Shown here in pieces: positions 61,756 through 64,000 of a stretch of DNA of 64,000 nucleotides (the first letter of the stretch is position 1; every line of letters starts with the position of its first letter). The position numbers and the translations under genes were made by a program. Under the pieces are notes generated by a model that was not told the origin of the DNA, did no database searches, and saw only the letters and a list, made by a program, of their open reading frames with translations. Origin of the DNA: an uncultured delta proteobacterium (GTDB lineage Bacteria; Myxococcota_A; Polyangia; Haliangiales; Haliangiaceae); the NCBI GenBank assembly GCA_963848295.1, contig CAWKDB010000002.1, positions 768,001 to 832,000 of the forward strand. The letters are read 5' to 3'.

Positions 61756-62892
61756 CTACTTCGACGCGGGAGCCGCCGCCGCCGCTGCATCCGAGGATTG
61801 TGGAACTCCAGCGTCTACCGCCTCGCCTGGCGCGGACTTAGCGCGATGCCAGGCCACAGACCTCGGTGAAATCACGACCACGTCGCGCAGTTTGTCGCCC
61901 GCGCGGGTGGTGAGGAGACCTCCGACCTCGATCGCGTCGGGCCGGCTGGTCAGCTCGAGGTCGAGGTCGACGTCGCGCAACTCGGCGCCGATCCACCGAG
62001 CGTTTGCAGCCGTGAGCTGGTAGAGCGGCGTGGTCTCGAGCGAACGGACCAGCTTGCCGCCGTCGAGACGAAATGCGGTCAGCGTCCAGGAGCGCTGCTC
62101 GTGATCCTCGGTCCGCGCGATCGCGACGAGCTCGTCACGCCCGTCGCCATCGGAGCGGAGCGGCGCGGCCCACACGAGCCCGGGGACGCGTTGTACAGCG
62201 ATCGCGCGATCGTCCGTGCCGCGAACTGCGAGCTCGTCGCCATCGATCGAGACCAGCTCGCCCGTCGTCAAGCAAGCACCGAGCTTCTTCGGATCGTCGG
62301 TCGCGGTCGGCCGTACACACGCGTCGGGCGCGGCGGTCGCGACGGGTGGCGCCTCGGCGACCACGATCGCGGCGATCCGATCGCCATCGAGCACGAACCG
62401 GCCGTTGTGCAACCCGGCCGCTACGACAAGCCGCGGATCCCGCGCTCGGGTCGGATCGGTCACGAACGGACCGAGGACGTGCTCGAGCTCGTCGCGGGTC
62501 GAGCCGACATGGATCCCGGTCTCGGTGCGCGCGACCTCGCTGCCGACGACCGCCACGAAGCTGACGTGGCCGTGCAGCTCACCGCCGATCAGGATGTTGT
62601 CGTCTTCGGCGCGCAGGATCTGGCGGGTGACGACGCCTTGGATGTCGTACAGCTTGATCCGCGGGCCCGACGGCAGCTGGTCCGCGAGCTTGTTGAGGGG
62701 CTCGCCGAGCCGATACGGCCCGACGCCATCGCTGCGGATCGCGTGCGGCGGCAGCGGCCGGACGTTCTGCGGCGGCGGCTCGATCACGCGGTGTTGCCGC
62801 ACGTCCGGTCGCATCCCGGCGCTGCCGTTCGAGCTGTCGCACGCGACGAGCACGCCGACCGCACCGACCGCCACGAGGACCCTCGCGTTCAC
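61756..62892 (-). CDS. Hypothetical lipoprotein
   Basis: LVAC lipobox; GTGA overlap with the upstream kinase gene. Confidence 0.75.
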   Translation of the reverse strand: MNARVLVAVGAVGVLVACDSSNGSAGMRPDVRQHRVIEPPPQNVRPLPPHAIRSDGVGPYRLGEPLNKLADQLPSGPRIKLYDIQGVVTRQILRAEDDNILIGGELHGHVSFVAVVGSEVARTETGIHVGSTRDELEHVLGPFVTDPTRARDPRLVVAAGLHNGRFVLDGDRIAAIVVAEAPPVATAAPDACVRPTATDDPKKLGACLTTGELVSIDGDELAVRGTDDRAIAVQRVPGLVWAAPLRSDGDGRDELVAIARTEDHEQRSWTLTAFRLDGGKLVRSLETTPLYQLTAANARWIGAELRDVDLDLELTSRPDAIEVGGLLTTRAGDKLRDVVVISPRSVAWHRAKSAPGEAVDAGVPQSSDAAAAAAPASK

Positions 62893-64000
62893 CGCCCGAG
62901 GATATACGCCACCAAGAAAGCTGCCACTGCTAGGATGATCGCGATCACCACCAACCCGCGGGAGTTTCGTGAGCGCTCGAGCACCCCCGTGCGGAACTGC
63001 GCGGGCTTGCGCGGGCTCGCGGGCTTGCCGACCGCCTTGGCCTCGGCGAGTGGCTTGGCGTCACCCTCGGGCTTGGCCGCGTGGCTCGCGTCGTACGCCT
63101 CGACCTCGGCGTCGGTCGGCAGCTTGAAGTCGGCGTAGCTGACGAACTTGAGCGGCGCGGCGTCCGCGATCGCGGGATCGCCTTCGAGCTCCTCGGTGCG
63201 CAGCCGCTTGACCGGATTGGTCTCGATCGGCTCGACATCGTCGCTGAGATCCGCGGGCTCGCTCGGCTCCACGGCGCGCGCGGATGGATCGATCGCGGGG
63301 CCCGCGCCGGTGATCCGCGCCATCCCGGCCGGTCGCACCGGCACCGGCGTGCGCAGCGAGCGCAACTCGGCGAGCTCCATGCCGAGCGCGGCGGCGACAT
63401 CCGCTTCTGGCTGGTCGGCGTCTTCCCACTGGGCCGCTTGCGTCCGGACCCGGCGCGCCTTCGGCTGGCTTGTAGCTGTCGAACGCTTGGCTGTCGAAGT
63501 CGAGCTCGTCACCCGCGTGTCTCGCCTCCGCTTCGGAGATCAGCTCGGGACGGCGGACGCCCCCGGTCGCATGCGCGAGCGCATCGAGGTAGCGCGCGAT
63601 GCGAACCGGCCCGGAGTGGAGCCGCTCGTCGCGCAGGAACGTCTCGAGGTCGTCGGCGAGATCGTAGGCGGTCTCGTAGCGGTCGTCGGGATGTTTCTCG
63701 AGCGCGCGCATCACGATCGACTCGAGCGCGGGCGGAAAGTTGCGGCGCACGAACGTCGGCGGCGCGATCTTGCCGTCGATCAGCCGGCGGACGACCTCTT
63801 GAGCTCGCCCGCGGATACAGCCGCTTGCCGACGGTGATCTCGTAGAGCACGATGCCGAGCGAGAACACGTCGCTGCGATGATCGACCTCGCCGCGCGCCG
63901 CTTGCTCGGGCGACATGTAGCTGAGCTTGCCGGGCAGCACGTGGCCACGGTGCTGTTGCCCTCGCGCGCGCGCGATGCCGAAGTCGATGACCTTGAGAAA
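62889..64000 (-). CDS. Ser/Thr protein kinase, C-terminal part (5' end outside the window; frameshifted)
   Basis: [34 protein letters not shown] and [11 protein letters not shown] across frames; C-terminal TM helix. Confidence 0.88.

Overview
A high-GC bacterial window. An MglA-family GTPase, an AgmX/GltJ-type protein, several Hanks-type kinases and many lipoproteins suggest a myxobacterium (Myxococcota; inference). Housekeeping content: tmk, lysC, larB/larC, hemW-hrcA-grpE-dnaK-dnaJ, a cysteine desulfurase, histidine kinases and an ABC transporter. Main accessory points: (1) a four-gene porin-multiheme cytochrome operon with about 15 and about 18 heme motifs, built largely from c7-type triheme modules; (2) a RiPP-type locus (full-length LanB, C39 peptidase ABC exporter, two adaptors, TolC) with no LanC or precursor, broken by a head-on junction of two truncated genes; (3) a four-helix-bundle gene inside ~80-bp hexamer-rich inverted repeats, with a degenerate group II intron inserted at the tip of one arm (EBS1-IBS1 pairing visible); (4) a dispersed element of two 26-bp direct repeats at a fixed 73-74 bp period, at three intergenic sites; (5) an IS630 inserted into a CTAG stop shared by two convergent genes. 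Many genes have TANNNT 5-8 nt before the start codon, suggesting leaderless mRNAs. Frameshifts in conserved genes point to sequencing or consensus indel errors, so pseudogene calls are provisional. No rRNA, tRNA or cas genes were recognised. All calls come from reading motifs by eye; no searches were run.
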